DNA of 64,000 nucleotides from NCBI RefSeq assembly GCF_055900595.2, contig NZ_CM148325.1; one strand, 5' to 3'. Shown piece by piece: positions 63,531 to 64,000 of this stretch (position 1 is its first letter; each line of letters starts with the position of its first letter). The notes under the pieces were generated by a model. It saw only the letters and a program-made list of their open reading frames with translations, ran no database searches and was not told where the DNA came from. The position numbers and the translations under genes were made by a program.

Positions 63531-64000
63531 ATGAATCTGATCATGAGCGATGCCGCGCGGGCCGAGCTTTTTGCTTACCAGGCACAACAGGCGGAGATGA
63601 ATAACATCACGATATCTGCGCTCTCCTCCCGCTTTTCGGTACAGCCGGCAGTGCAGCAGAGATTTGAAAACGCATCAAAGGAAAGCCATGATTTTCTTCA
63701 GAAAGCCAACAGCATTGGTGTGACAGAGCAGAAAGGTGAAAAGGTACTCCTGGACACCACCGGGCCGGTTGCGCGCACGAACAGCAGTTATGACGGTACA
63801 AATCGTCGTAACCCGCTGAATGTGGTGGACATGAAAGCGCGACGCTATGAGTGCGAGCAGGTGAACTACGACACCTTCATCTCCTACCCTCAGCTTGACA
63901 TGTGGGCCGGACACCCTGACTTCCAGCTGCGTGTGAGTCGCCAGATTGCCAGACAGGTGGCACTTGATCGCATCATGACAGGTTTTAACGGTACGCACCA
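63531..64000 (+). CDS. P2 gpN-like major capsid protein (5' part; runs off the window)
   Basis: ATG with SD AAGAGG; translation ..KARRYECEQVNYDTFISYPQLDMWAGHPDFQLRVSRQIARQVALDRIMTGFNG.. resembles P2 gpN; not on the ORF track because no stop lies within the window. Confidence 0.85.
   Translation, partial: MNLIMSDAARAELFAYQAQQAEMNNITISALSSRFSVQPAVQQRFENASKESHDFLQKANSIGVTEQKGEKVLLDTTGPVARTNSSYDGTNRRNPLNVVDMKARRYECEQVNYDTFISYPQLDMWAGHPDFQLRVSRQIARQVALDRIMTGFNGTH

Larger units (their letters stand above)
48100..64000. mobile_element. P2/186-like prophage, left part (attL side through capsid gene N; continues beyond window)
   Basis: Gene order int-C-cox-early ORFs-A-cargo-Q-P-O-N matches integrated P2-family architecture; left boundary (attL) lies between the FNR box (about 48080) and the int stop (48193) and is not precisely defined. 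Confidence 0.85.

Overview
This window is an Escherichia coli K-12-like chromosomal segment, reverse-complemented relative to the usual K-12 map, running asnS(3' end)-ompF-aspC-gloC-mepK-ldtD-mukBEF-smtA-elyC-ycbJ-kdsB-ycaR-ycaQ-lpxK-msbA-ycaI-ihfB-rpsA-cmk-ycaL-aroA-serC-ycaP-ycaO-focA-pflB-pflA-ycaK-ycaN-ycaM-ycaD-ycaC-dmsCBA. Gene identities rest on my recognition of the translated ORFs and conserved synteny; no database search was run. Two accessory elements stand out. (1) A complete 1329-bp IS10 (outside and inside ends, transposase, 9-bp target duplication) sits inside ompF after codon 14, so the OmpF porin gene is a pseudogene. (2) From about 48.1 kb to the window end there is the left part of a P2/186-like prophage integrated just upstream of the dmsA FNR promoter: integrase, CI-like repressor, Cox-like protein, an early operon of small ORFs, rolling-circle initiator gpA, then portal Q, terminase P, scaffold O and the start of capsid N. 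The most interesting candidate for an undescribed system is the cargo between gpA and Q (57.1-59.7 kb), the position that holds tin/old in P2: five translationally coupled small genes, including a signal-peptide mini-protein and a Cys-rich zinc-ribbon-like protein, followed by a repeat-rich non-coding stretch and one more gene. Secondary candidates are a reverse-oriented two-transmembrane-helix gene inside the early operon and a cluster of four TTGCAAC repeats with a UUCG hairpin and terminator. Coordinates of motifs I placed by hand (terminators, repeats, operators) may be off by 1-2 nt; CDS coordinates are anchored to the supplied ORF track.
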